A DNA stretch of 64,000 nt from Bdellovibrionales bacterium (GCA_040380025.1 JBEIJY010000002.1:64001-128000); one strand, 5' to 3'. Counted from the first letter of the stretch, positions 10,102-19,406 are shown. Notes: generated by a model not told the origin, from the letters alone. Made by a program: numbers and translations.

Positions 10102-10985
10102 TTCTCCGGATTTTGTGCGCTGTGATTTTGTTTTTGACTGCGGCGTCGGTGATGGCCGACCAGATCGAGGCCGACGTGCCTTCTTTGTGCTCGGGTCTCG
10201 ACAAGGCGTTCCTGAAGCGGAACTGGGGGAACAGTCCTTGCCGCAAGATCGAGTGGAAGGTTCACTCGAGCTCGGTCGCGGGGCGGCCGCTCATGTATGC
10301 CGAGTTCGGCCCGAAAAACGCCGAAAACACCACTCTTGTTTTTTCGATGGTCCACGGGGACGAGATCACGCCGCTCTATTTGGGCTTTGCGCTCGCCCGT
10401 TGGGCCGAGACCAACATGAAGTCGTTTCCCGACACGCGGCTGATTCTTGCTCCGCTCGTGAATCCGGACGGATTTTTCGGCTACCCGAAGTCCCGCACGA
10501 ATGCCCGCGGTGTGGATTGCAACCGGAACTTCGATACCCGCGACTGGAAGAAAAAGGCACTTGCCTCCTGGCGCAAGAACTATCGTTCTGACAAGCGGCG
10601 CTTCCCCGGGCACAAGCCCGATTCCGAGCCCGAGACGCTGTTTCAGAAGGCCCTGATCGACCTGACCAAGCCCGACAAGATCATCTCGATCCATTCCCCG
10701 CTGAATGTCCTCGATTACGACGGGCCGGATGCGCTGAAGCTCTCGCACTTCAACGAAGAATACATTCAAAAATGCGAGGAGCTTCGCGCGAGCGTGAAAG
10801 CGAAGTCGACCGGGTTTTTCCCCGGTTCCCTCGGCAATTATGCCGGCAATGAGCTCGGAATCCCGACGATCACGCTGGAGCTTCCGACTGCGAATCCGAA
10901 TTTTGCGAAGAAGTACTGGGAGCTGTTCCGGAAAGGGATCGAAACCGTGATCCGGTACCGGATTCCCTCGCGGGAAACCCCATGA
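10098..10985 (+). CDS. M14 zinc carboxypeptidase / murein peptide amidase A-like, secreted
   Basis: HGDE, NPDG, RTNARGVDCNRNF, SEPET, ISIH, GSLG..TLEL; signal peptide. Confidence 0.88.
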   Translation: MILRILCAVILFLTAASVMADQIEADVPSLCSGLDKAFLKRNWGNSPCRKIEWKVHSSSVAGRPLMYAEFGPKNAENTTLVFSMVHGDEITPLYLGFALARWAETNMKSFPDTRLILAPLVNPDGFFGYPKSRTNARGVDCNRNFDTRDWKKKALASWRKNYRSDKRRFPGHKPDSEPETLFQKALIDLTKPDKIISIHSPLNVLDYDGPDALKLSHFNEEYIQKCEELRASVKAKSTGFFPGSLGNYAGNELGIPTITLELPTANPNFAKKYWELFRKGIETVIRYRIPSRETP

Positions 10986-11566
10986 AGACGCTCTTTTCGA
11001 CCCGGGTGGAGCAAAAGCCGTTGGGCCTTCCGAAGTCCCTGCAGTCCGCGCTTCTGAAAACCATCGACAAGCTCCCCGAGTTGGACCGCGCAGGAGCGGA
11101 GTGGAGCCGCAAGAATTACCGGAACGGCTACACCTCGTACGGATCTCTCTCGGATCTGCATCTTCAGTTCAGCGTGTTCGAGCGCCTGAAAGAAAAGCTC
11201 GATCTCGCGGCCAAAAAATACGCAAACGGGCTCGGAATCCGCTTCCCCCGCGGACGACTGGAGCTCTCTGCCCTTTGGGTGAACATCATGCCGGCGAATT
11301 GCTATCACGCCTTCCACATTCATCCGAACTCGATTGTGAGCGGGACCTTTTATGTGAAAGTCCCGAAGGGCGCGGGACCGCTTCGTCTTGAGGATCCGCG
11401 CGCCTCGCTGTTCATGGCGTGTCCGCCACGAAAGATCCAAGAGGACCTGATCCCCCGGGCGGGCGAGGTGATTTTGTTCGAAAGCTGGCTCCGGCACGAG
11501 GTCCCGCCGCATTCTTGCAAAAAAGAGCGGATCAGCGTGAGCTTCAACTACGATTGGATTCAGTAA
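10982..11566 (+). CDS. TIGR02466-like putative 2OG-Fe(II) oxygenase
   Basis: GYTSY, WVNI, HxxHxH, SGTFYV, DPR, FESWLRHEV, RISVSFN. Confidence 0.88.
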   Translation: MKTLFSTRVEQKPLGLPKSLQSALLKTIDKLPELDRAGAEWSRKNYRNGYTSYGSLSDLHLQFSVFERLKEKLDLAAKKYANGLGIRFPRGRLELSALWVNIMPANCYHAFHIHPNSIVSGTFYVKVPKGAGPLRLEDPRASLFMACPPRKIQEDLIPRAGEVILFESWLRHEVPPHSCKKERISVSFNYDWIQ

Positions 11567-11570
11567 GAGT

Positions 11571-12698
11571 TCAGGGCTTCTTTTTCACAGCCGGCGGAGT
11601 CAACGAAGAATTCGGGAGGGGCTTCGCGGGAGTGGCCACCGGTTTCGGTTTTGCGGGCGCTTTTACCGGTGCGGGAGCTTTTGCCGGTGGCGGAGCCTTT
11701 ACCGGAGCAGGTGACTTCACGGGAGTCGGTTCCGGCTTCGGTTCGATCAAGCGAGGGCTCGGAGGAAGCGGAACGGGTGCAATTTCTTCTTGTCCGAAGA
11801 GCGTGTACCGGATTCCCGCGATGATCCTGAGGTCTTGACCCAACGGTCCGCCGATCCTCGAAATATCCAATCCTGCAGTGGCGGAAAGGCCGTTTGAGGA
11901 GCCGTGCCGGAGCCCGAGATAAAAATCATTCGGGGCCGTGTTGTTGCTCAGGGGAACCATGTTGATCGAGTTGATCTCGGCAGACATCCCCCATGAGTCA
12001 TTGAAAGGAAGATATCCTCCAATTCCCGCGATGAACCGGCGCCGAAAGTCGATCGGCGCGTAGTTCGCACTGAAATCATAAATCGAGTTCGGGGCCGAGA
12101 CGTACCCGAGATTGATGACCATCGTCCATGCCTCGAAAGTCCGCTCGAGCGTTCCGCGAAGGCCAAGATACGGAGTTCCGTCTGACACGAAGGCGCCGCT
12201 TCCCCCGGTCGCAAAGCGGACCTCAGGAATCAGGGCCACCGCGGTGTGAGAGCCATCGTTCGTGAGGCGGATTTTTCCCATGAGCTTGATGTCGCCGATG
12301 CTGGTTTCGTTCGAGTAGTCGCCGAGAGGTCCTTCGAGTGGGTTTCCCGAGAAGCTCACATAGTGGATGGGGACGCCGAGATAAAGCGCGAAGTTGTTCG
12401 CAAGCTTCGCACCTGCGAAGAGGTCTAGGGTCTGCAACGAATCAAGAATGGGAGCGGTGGCGGTCTGGCCCTCGGTGCCCGCCACGAGCGGGTTCGAGAC
12501 AAAATTGTAGGTTGCGCCGAAATAGTACAAAGCCTTCTTCGGCCACTCCGAGCGGAACCCATCCTCGAGCAGTACGAACCGGTCCGAGGTCGATGGGTTG
12601 AATGTCTGAACGTTGATGCTCTTGATTCCCGCAAAAGCGATTCCCGGAAAAAGCAGGGAAACCAAAGCGATCCGGCGAAGAAACAAGGGAAGTCTCAT
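11571..12698 (-). CDS. Putative outer-membrane beta-barrel protein with Pro/Ala/Lys-rich tail
   Basis: Signal peptide (AFA), alternating beta-strand pattern, GDIKL..K and RIIAGIRY segments, C-terminal PAPVKA-type repeats. Confidence 0.65.
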   Translation of the reverse strand: MRLPLFLRRIALVSLLFPGIAFAGIKSINVQTFNPSTSDRFVLLEDGFRSEWPKKALYYFGATYNFVSNPLVAGTEGQTATAPILDSLQTLDLFAGAKLANNFALYLGVPIHYVSFSGNPLEGPLGDYSNETSIGDIKLMGKIRLTNDGSHTAVALIPEVRFATGGSGAFVSDGTPYLGLRGTLERTFEAWTMVINLGYVSAPNSIYDFSANYAPIDFRRRFIAGIGGYLPFNDSWGMSAEINSINMVPLSNNTAPNDFYLGLRHGSSNGLSATAGLDISRIGGPLGQDLRIIAGIRYTLFGQEEIAPVPLPPSPRLIEPKPEPTPVKSPAPVKAPPPAKAPAPVKAPAKPKPVATPAKPLPNSSLTPPAVKKKP

Positions 12699-12734
12699 GA
12701 TTCCAGTAAAACAAAGATCATAAAGGAATGAAAC

Positions 12735-13367
12735 TCAAAAAGGCCTTTGCGGGATGCCTTGAACGGCCAGGGCCCGGTCATAATGGCGGAATGTCCCCGC
12801 ACCGTCATCGAGTAGACGCCGGCCCGGGCACAAGATCGGCTCATCCGGAAAATCCAGCTCTTCCTCGGGGGTTCCGAGAAGGGCGGTCCCGTCCCCGAGC
12901 TTTTCGATCACCTCGCGCATACAGGAATCAAACCACCGCTTGTCGCGATCAGAATCAAGCTCGACCTCGGCGATTCCGCCCGGAATATACCGGTAAAATG
13001 CGGGAACCTCCCGCGACCACAACAGCGGCGGCGAGTATTTGGGCTGGTGATCGGGGTTGCCATGAGCCTTCTTGCGGAACGATACGCTGGTGTTCAAATC
13101 GACCACCTCGCCAAACGGGGTCACGACCCAAAAATGGGTGTGATCCCCCCAGCATCCCGCCCAAAGGAGCGAGAGGTTTTCCATGACCTCGACCCACGCG
13201 GCTTGGCCATAAAACACATTTGCTTGAATGCCACAATGGCGGAGGGCCTCGGTGGTCACAGCCGAAACCAAGAGGGGATATTCCGAGCGGTCGCCCGAAA
13301 TCCGGTCGGTGACCCGGGTCACGAGCCGCGAAACGGTTGCAATCAGCGGAAGGGGGGTGGAATCCAT
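12735..13367 (-). CDS. Hypothetical protein (possible degenerate transglutaminase-like fold)
   Basis: 210-aa ORF with TAAGGT 6 nt before the ATG; L...GI.A...G...HFW...VD pattern. Confidence 0.65.
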   Translation of the reverse strand: MDSTPLPLIATVSRLVTRVTDRISGDRSEYPLLVSAVTTEALRHCGIQANVFYGQAAWVEVMENLSLLWAGCWGDHTHFWVVTPFGEVVDLNTSVSFRKKAHGNPDHQPKYSPPLLWSREVPAFYRYIPGGIAEVELDSDRDKRWFDSCMREVIEKLGDGTALLGTPEEELDFPDEPILCPGRRLLDDGAGTFRHYDRALAVQGIPQRPF

Positions 13368-13414
13368 GGCGGCACCTTACCGGAAGTGCGCGCAAGGCTC
13401 AAGCAAAGCCGGCT

Positions 13415-13669
13415 TCAGGAGGCCTGTTTCGAGAATTCTTCGGGGAACAGACGCACCACCACATCATGGGGAAGAACCCCGAAAATCAGCTCGTGGAAGT
13501 CACCGGGGCGGAGCCCCTCGACTGCGGCTGCTTTTCCGATTCGTTCGAGGCGCTCCTTCAGCGTCGAAAAATCGACCTCTCCGCGCTCATGCTCGCACTG
13601 AAGGTAGGCTTCAAAAATTCCGTTCGCATATTGCTGTTTTAGCTGGTCGATGAAGTCGTCGCGATCCAT
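13415..13669 (-). CDS. Small acidic hypothetical protein (84 aa)
   Basis: SD-like GAGGG before ATG; upstream sigma-28-like promoter. Confidence 0.7.
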   Translation of the reverse strand: MDRDDFIDQLKQQYANGIFEAYLQCEHERGEVDFSTLKERLERIGKAAAVEGLRPGDFHELIFGVLPHDVVVRLFPEEFSKQAS

Positions 13670-13689
13670 GAATTCCCTCTCTTGAATCC

Positions 13690-13716
13690 TGATCGGACGA
13701 AAATCGAAATCCTTGA
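13690..13716 (-). promoter_or_regulatory. Sigma-28 (FliA)-like promoter
   Basis: Minus strand TCAA-N15-TCCGATCA versus consensus TAAA-N15-GCCGATAA. Confidence 0.55.
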
Positions 13717-13717
13717 G

Positions 13718-14086
13718 TCAAAAAGAGGATTTTCCGTCACGAAACCGCCACAGAAAAGCGAAGCCCGCCCAGCCCGCCATCAGAAGCACTCCCCCGATTG
13801 GGGTGATCGCGCCCAAAGCCCGGATTCCTGTCAAAAGGATGCCGTACAGGCTTCCCGAAAAAATGGCGATCCCGGCAAGAAAGCAGAACCCGGGCCAGCG
13901 CTTCTGAACCCCGCTCAGGTGGAACAAAATCAATGCGATCGCATGAATGACCAGATAGTGGGTCGAAGTTTTGTAAATCTCGAGGAGGTCCTCGCTGACC
14001 CGGTCCCGAAGCCCATGTGCACCGAATGCACCCAGAGCGACGCCGATTCCGGCCAGGGCTGCGCCCAGTCTTCCAAAATGAATCAT
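13718..14086 (-). CDS. DUF423 (YgdD-like) membrane protein
   Basis: GAFGAH, FSGSLY, GAITPIGG. Confidence 0.93.
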   Translation of the reverse strand: MIHFGRLGAALAGIGVALGAFGAHGLRDRVSEDLLEIYKTSTHYLVIHAIALILFHLSGVQKRWPGFCFLAGIAIFSGSLYGILLTGIRALGAITPIGGVLLMAGWAGFAFLWRFRDGKSSF

Positions 14087-15795
14087 GCCTGAAGTCCTCT
14101 TTCGATCATCTCTTTGAAGTCTTTGTTCGTGGATTTCAGATTTTCGAGGGTTTGCCGAGTGGAGGCGACGGCAGGGCTCATCGGATCGAGCCTCGAGATC
14201 AGCTCCAAAAGCTCAAGTCGCAAGAGCCAGTCTTCGGGATGGCGGGCATCGAGTTCGGTGAGAATCTTCAAAAGGGGCTCGGCCGAATTCCCGTTCTGGT
14301 CCCGACACTCCCGCACCTTCCGGTACAGCTCGTTCAAGGCCGCATTTTCGGCGGTGAGGTTGGTCTTGTGCGATTTCACCTTGGTGCCGGCGCTTCCGCG
14401 GGTCTTCATGACAAAGCTCTTGCGGTCGGCGGCTCCTCCGAACACCGAGACAATCCGCGATGCGATGGGAACGAGTCGGGTCTCGCCCCCGGATTCGGCA
14501 ATCATTCGGCCTTGAGAATCGCGGACTTCGAGGTTTTTGACCACAAGCACGAGCCCTGTCGGGCCGTGCGAGAGGACGCGAACCACGTGGCCTCGCAGAA
14601 TATGGCCGGATTGAGCAAGAACCCCCGCACCTTCGAGTGCCCGGGCGATCTCGCCTGCCGGAGCGGTCCGGATCGCCTCGGGGAACAGAAAAACCGCGAT
14701 TTCTTCGGGGAGCAGACCAGTTTCGGATTCCGAAATCTCGACCCCGCCCGAGGAAAGCTGCTTTGCTCCCGAGAGGGTGAATCCGGCTTCTGTTCCCTCT
14801 GTCGTAAAGAGTGGAGAGTGCAAAATTCCTGAGAGCTGAAGGCCCGAGTCGAGCACTGCGGTGACGGTGTTTTCGGCCTCGACGCCAAGGCGGAGCCCGT
14901 ACGCTCCCCCGCGCCTGAATGCCATCGAGTCCGCGAATTCGTTCAGCGCCCGGGTGAGCTCCTGAAAGTCCTTTGCCACGAACAATTGCGGCTGGGGGCG
15001 CGTAATGTCGTAGGAGGTACCGATGCAGGCTGAAAGCGAGAAGGGGATTTTTTTCACCGATGGGTCAAGGCAGTGGTAGCTCTCGCTGATCGAAGAAAGT
15101 AGACCCGCGCCGTAAATGAGGGGCTTGTCGGTCCCTTCGATCAGGCCGTATTCGGTCGTCCACCACGCCATGCGGGTCAGAAGCGCGGCCTCGGAGGGCT
15201 TGCTCTCGCGGCTCGCGAGCTCCTCGAAGCGCTGTTGGGCTTTTGCGATTTGTTCGGGCGTGGATTTGGGGTTTTCTTTGATCTCAGAGAGATCAAACAC
15301 CGCTCCGTAGAGTTCGAGATCGGCCTTGGTGATGATCGCGTTCCGGGCGACCTCGCCATAGGCCTCGAGATACGCACGGTACCCGGGGTCGGCCACGATC
15401 GGCACGTGTCCAGCCGCCTCGTGGATGATGTCGGGCGAGGGGGTGTAGCCGATGTTCTCGAGCTTCCGGATGTCGCAGGCGATCGCAAGGATGCGAAGCG
15501 ATTGGAACTCCAGGAAAACGCTCGGCGGAATGAAACCGTTGATGGCGACCGCGCGCCAGCCGATTTTTTTGAGCGCTTCGTCCATTTCGGAGATCAGCGG
15601 GACGCGATCGGTGGAGATTCCGGTCTCGTCGAGGCCATGAACATAAAGCGGATGGCCGTGAACGGCGAAAAACGCCTTCGAAACGCGCATGACGTAACGC
15701 CAGACCGCGTGATCGATCGGGGTGTAAAGGGAAGGGTCCTGCTCCGTGATGTATTCCAGAAGATGCTCCGGAATCTCAGCGAGCGGTGGCCTCAT
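14083..15795 (-). CDS. Aromatic amino acid hydroxylase (long phenylalanine 4-monooxygenase type)
   Basis: YTPSPDIIHEAAGH, WWTTEYGL, IYGAGLLSS, YDITRPQPQLFV, HPEDWLL. Confidence 0.92.
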   Translation of the reverse strand: MRPPLAEIPEHLLEYITEQDPSLYTPIDHAVWRYVMRVSKAFFAVHGHPLYVHGLDETGISTDRVPLISEMDEALKKIGWRAVAINGFIPPSVFLEFQSLRILAIACDIRKLENIGYTPSPDIIHEAAGHVPIVADPGYRAYLEAYGEVARNAIITKADLELYGAVFDLSEIKENPKSTPEQIAKAQQRFEELASRESKPSEAALLTRMAWWTTEYGLIEGTDKPLIYGAGLLSSISESYHCLDPSVKKIPFSLSACIGTSYDITRPQPQLFVAKDFQELTRALNEFADSMAFRRGGAYGLRLGVEAENTVTAVLDSGLQLSGILHSPLFTTEGTEAGFTLSGAKQLSSGGVEISESETGLLPEEIAVFLFPEAIRTAPAGEIARALEGAGVLAQSGHILRGHVVRVLSHGPTGLVLVVKNLEVRDSQGRMIAESGGETRLVPIASRIVSVFGGAADRKSFVMKTRGSAGTKVKSHKTNLTAENAALNELYRKVRECRDQNGNSAEPLLKILTELDARHPEDWLLRLELLELISRLDPMSPAVASTRQTLENLKSTNKDFKEMIERGLQA

Positions 15796-15965
15796 GAGAG
15801 TCTTTTGGTCGAATCGTGATCGTCTTTGTCGGAGCCTTCGAGGCCCTTCTTGAACGCCCCGATGCCTTTGCCGAGGGCCGAGCCGAGCTCAGGGAGCCTG
15901 CGGCTGCCGAACAGAAGCACTACAATCGCGAGAATGAGAAGATGACCGCCGCTTAATCCAAACAT
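15792..15965 (-). CDS. tatA: Twin-arginine translocase TatA/E (57 aa, missing from ORF track)
   Basis: Hand translation MFGLSGGHLLILAIVVLLFGSRRLPELGSALGKGIGAFKKGLEG...; LLFG..RLPELG..LG..I..FK signature; ATGA overlap with next gene. Confidence 0.93.
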   Translation of the reverse strand: MFGLSGGHLLILAIVVLLFGSRRLPELGSALGKGIGAFKKGLEGSDKDDHDSTKRLS

Positions 15966-16046
15966 GTCCCTTTTTTACCTCAAAAACAGTGGATTCACCA
16001 CGGGTTTTTGGGTAGAGTCGGAGCCCTTGCTCAAAGGAGAATTCCC

Positions 16047-16811
16047 ATGGAAAAACAAAAACCTTTAACGGTTGCGGCCCGCCTTGTCTCGAGACGGAAC
16101 CTGACTTCGGATGTGATCGAGTTCGTGTTTCGCTCCGAGCCGGCCTTTTTGTTTAAACCGGGCCAGTTTATCAGCATTGTGGTTCCGGGGCGTGGTCCCG
16201 GAGGGCGCGATCTTCGTCGGGCGTATTCGATCGCCTCCGCGCCCGAGCTCACGCTGGACGGTCAAAGCGCGTTCGAGCTGTGCGTGAAGCTGGTCGAGGG
16301 TGGTCCCGGTACGAGTTATCTGAATACGATTTTGCCCGGGGATTCGATCTCGGGAATGGTTCCGTTCGGGGATTTCGTGTATCACGCGAAGCCCGGACGC
16401 CATGCGATTTTCATCGCCACCGGCACCGGCATTGCCCCGTTTCGTTCGATGGTGCTCTCGAAGGTGTTCGAAGAATGCCGTCCGGCATCGGCGAAGATTC
16501 TGTTCGGTGCGCGGAGCGAGGAGGATCTTTTGTACACCGACGAGCTCGGCCACGCGATCGGCCCGGCCAATGTGATTCAGGCGCTTTCGCGTCCGGTCGG
16601 GGCGTGGGGCGGCTTCAAGGGCCGGGTGACGGACTGGCTCCGGCAGAACGAAAGTTCGATCGCCTGGGGCGAGACTGAGTTTTATTTGTGCGGAAACGGC
16701 GCCATGATCGATGAAGTGAAGCAGATTCTGGCCGCCAAAGGAGTCGAAAAGACCTCGGTGCACCAGGAGGTGTACTATAAGCCGAAGCCGGGCGAGGCCC
16801 ACGCGAACTGA
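16047..16811 (+). CDS. FAD/NAD(P)-binding oxidoreductase (ferredoxin-NADP reductase family)
   Basis: FKPGQF, RAYSIAS, ATGTGIAPFRSM, YLCG; SD AAGGAG before ATG 16047. Confidence 0.9.
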   Translation: MEKQKPLTVAARLVSRRNLTSDVIEFVFRSEPAFLFKPGQFISIVVPGRGPGGRDLRRAYSIASAPELTLDGQSAFELCVKLVEGGPGTSYLNTILPGDSISGMVPFGDFVYHAKPGRHAIFIATGTGIAPFRSMVLSKVFEECRPASAKILFGARSEEDLLYTDELGHAIGPANVIQALSRPVGAWGGFKGRVTDWLRQNESSIAWGETEFYLCGNGAMIDEVKQILAAKGVEKTSVHQEVYYKPKPGEAHAN

Positions 16812-16834
16812 TCATCACGCAGGGCCCTGTTTGA

Positions 16835-16864
16835 TTGACAAGCACGCGGGGTTCTCGTTAGGGT
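16835..16864 (+). promoter_or_regulatory. Sigma-70-like promoter for tRNA-Ser
   Basis: TTGACA-N18-TAGGGT about 40 nt upstream of the tRNA. Confidence 0.5.
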
Positions 16865-16905
16865 CAAGGCTTGCGGCCACATCATACCCTGAAAGTCTCG
16901 TTTGC

Positions 16906-16995
16906 GGAGAGATGGCAGAGTGGTCGATTGCACCGGTTTTGAAAACCGGCAGACTCGTAAGGGTCTCGGGGGTTCAAATCCCTCTCTCTCCGCCA
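16906..16995 (+). tRNA. tRNA-Ser (TGA)
   Basis: GGAGAGA acceptor stem, CCGGT-ttTGAaa-ACCGG anticodon arm, long variable arm, GGTTCAAATCC, ends TCTCTCCGCCA. Confidence 0.97.
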
Positions 16996-17162
16996 CTTTC
17001 CCGATCGCTCCCGCCAAACCGCTCCAATCGCCCACCGATCAATTCTGGTCCGCCTCCGCGACGTCGTGTCTCGCTGATTCGGTTCTTTGGCTTGGCGTAT
17101 GTGATTGATTTTCATGTTAAATTCACCAGATAAAATAAGCACTTGCAATGCGCGATGTATTT

Positions 17163-17185
17163 TGTATTTACATTTTGTCATTACA
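17163..17185. promoter_or_regulatory. Putative antitoxin (RHH) operator: two tandem imperfect palindromes
   Basis: TGTATTTACA (17163-17172) and TGTCATTACA (17176-17185) just upstream of the TA operon. Confidence 0.5.
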
Positions 17186-17201
17186 ATGATATCTTGATCG
17201 A

Positions 17202-17564
17202 GTGAGGGTGTCGGCATTCATCTGGGATGAACACAACAGCGATAAGTGCCTATAGCACGGTTTGAGTTTGGCCCAAATAGAGGACTTTCTATTAAGCCAA
17301 CCAACCCTGATGGACGATGATCATCACTCAGGCCAAGAGCCGATATATATTGCTTTTGGTTATTTCGAAGACCGATTTTTATTCGTGGTTTTTACCTTGA
17401 GGGTGAAAGACAAAAAACTAAAGTTTCGGGTGATTAGTGCGAGATATGCGAGAGCAAAAGAAATAAAGAGGTTAGAAGCTTATGAAAAAGCAAAAAGCAC
17501 AAGTCAGAAAAAGAAAGACGGAAGGCAAAGACCCATTAGATCGAGATATGTCTTTCGTGTTTAA
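17202..17564 (+). pseudogene. BrnT family toxin with in-frame amber stop
   Basis: From GTG 17202: MRVSAFIWDEHNSDKCL*HGLSLAQIEDF...FVVFT...RVISAR; TAG at 17253-17255 splits the FxWD and HG motifs. Confidence 0.8.
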
Positions 17565-17751
17565 CCATCCAGAAAAGTGGAAGCAATTCAGCGAGCTTTT
17601 TCAGTTCGCACCGAAAGACAAGACGATCACTCTGAGAATGAGTGCAGATCTTTTAAATCGCTACAAAGAGTTAGCGGAAAAAATGGACACAAAATACCAG
17701 AAGCTTATTCGTGAGGCTTTGCTGGAGTACCTATTGAAAAAGGCTTCGTAG
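17482..17751 (+). CDS. BrnA/CopG-like ribbon-helix-helix antitoxin
   Basis: KTITLRMSADLL..YK..A.....KYQKLIREAL; overlaps toxin 3' end; low GC. Confidence 0.85.
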   Translation: MKKQKAQVRKRKTEGKDPLDRDMSFVFNHPEKWKQFSELFQFAPKDKTITLRMSADLLNRYKELAEKMDTKYQKLIREALLEYLLKKAS

Positions 17752-17792
17752 AGTTTCGATCATTCATTTTAATCGGAATGTCCTGCACAATT

Positions 17793-19355
17793 TCATCGTT
17801 GGGCGCCCGCAAGCATCCTGTCCTCGAATGCCGTAAGTGCCGCTTTTGCCCCTTCTCCCATGGCGATGATGATTTGTTTGAAAGGCGTCGTGGTCACGTC
17901 GCCTGCCGCATAAATTCCCGGAGCCGAGGTCCGGTTTTTCGCATCGATCACGATTTCACCGCTCGGGGCGAGGTCCAGGGTGCCTTTCAAGAATCCGGTG
18001 TTCGGAAGAAGCCCGATCTGAACAAAAATTCCGTCCACTGCGAAAACGCGCTCTTCGTTCGTGGTTCGATCCTCATATACAAGGGCATTGGCTTTGTGAC
18101 CGTCACCCTCGATTCGGCGGGATTTGGCGTTCGTGATGACAGTCGTATTCGGAAGGGATCTCAGTTTGTCGACCAAGACCAGGTCTGCCTTCAGATCGGC
18201 ATTGTATTCAAAAACCGTGACGTGGCTCGCGATGCCGGCAAGGTCGATCGCCGCCTCCACACCGGAATTTCCCCCGCCGATCACGGCCACGGCTCGTCCT
18301 TTGTAAAAGGGGCCATCACAATGAGGGCAGAATGCCACTCCCCGCCCTAAGTATTCTTTTTCGCCGGGAATTCCGAGCTCCCGCCATTTTGCTCCGCTCG
18401 CGATGATCACCGAGTGCGCGCGGATGGTCTCGCCGCTCTCGAGCAACACTTCCTTCCGCTCCTCTTTTGAGATCGATTTCACTTTGCGATGCTCAAAGAT
18501 CGATACGGGGTATCGCCCCAGGTGGCGGGATAGTTCCGCAGAGAGCCCCGGGCCTTCGGTGTAGGGGATCGAGATCATGTTCTCGATGCCGCGGGTTTCC
18601 TGAAGCTGTCCGCCGATGCGGTCTGCGACGATGGCGGTTTTCAGCCCCTTTCTAGCGCTGTAAATGGCGGCAGAAGAGCCTGCGGGCCCGCCGCCGATGA
18701 CCAGCACATCGAAGAATCCGAGATCCTTCGGCACCACGGTCTCGGGGGACTCGGATTTTCCGAAGTGCTTCTCAAGAACCGAGAGCAAATCGACCAACGA
18801 AATCCGGCCCGAGTGCAGAAGAGTATCGCCCGATAGAACCGACGGCACGCCTTGGATTCCCAATCGGGTGACTTCTTCTTGCCGGAGCCCGCCATCGATC
18901 ATCTCGTGATCGAAGTCGGAGTGGATCAGGGCGAACAGATTCAGCATCTGCACGACATCGGGGCAATTCTCGCAAGAAAGCGAAACAAAGGTGCGCAGAC
19001 GGATCGGACCCTTCAGAGCCTGAATTCGTGCCTGGATTGCTTCGTCGGGAAGCTTGCCTTTTTCGGCGGAATTCAGGACAGCGAGCACGAGCGAGGAAAA
19101 CTCGTGCCCTCCCGGGACGCCGCTGAAGCGGATTCCGGTTTTGGCGCCGTTCCTTACTATGCAAAAAGACGGAATGGCATGGGCCTCGCCCGATGAGGTA
19201 ACCGTGATCCGGGAGGAACATTCCGCAAGCCCGCGCAACATCGAAAGAAGCTCCTCTTGCGCGGGGTGTTGGCACTCGTCATGACGGAGCAAGATGTCCG
19301 TCGTAAGAGTGGCAAAAAGCGAAGCGAGTTCTGTTTTCAGTGCATCGTCCAACAT
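17793..19355 (-). CDS. ahpF: Alkyl hydroperoxide reductase subunit F
   Basis: PGGHEFSSLVLA, CENCPDVVQ, GGGPAG, CPHCDGP, GGGNSGVEAA. Confidence 0.97.
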   Translation of the reverse strand: MLDDALKTELASLFATLTTDILLRHDECQHPAQEELLSMLRGLAECSSRITVTSSGEAHAIPSFCIVRNGAKTGIRFSGVPGGHEFSSLVLAVLNSAEKGKLPDEAIQARIQALKGPIRLRTFVSLSCENCPDVVQMLNLFALIHSDFDHEMIDGGLRQEEVTRLGIQGVPSVLSGDTLLHSGRISLVDLLSVLEKHFGKSESPETVVPKDLGFFDVLVIGGGPAGSSAAIYSARKGLKTAIVADRIGGQLQETRGIENMISIPYTEGPGLSAELSRHLGRYPVSIFEHRKVKSISKEERKEVLLESGETIRAHSVIIASGAKWRELGIPGEKEYLGRGVAFCPHCDGPFYKGRAVAVIGGGNSGVEAAIDLAGIASHVTVFEYNADLKADLVLVDKLRSLPNTTVITNAKSRRIEGDGHKANALVYEDRTTNEERVFAVDGIFVQIGLLPNTGFLKGTLDLAPSGEIVIDAKNRTSAPGIYAAGDVTTTPFKQIIIAMGEGAKAALTAFEDRMLAGAQR

Positions 19356-19406
19356 GGGGTATTCCTCCCGGTCAAGATCCGGTTACTATGGCATCGAATC
19401 GGTAGG

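Noticed and set aside
17253..17255. Amber recoding or pyrrolysine read-through in brnT
   Set aside because: TAG terminates normal genes here (ychF, trxB, bamA) and no pyl genes are visible; a nonsense mutation is simpler
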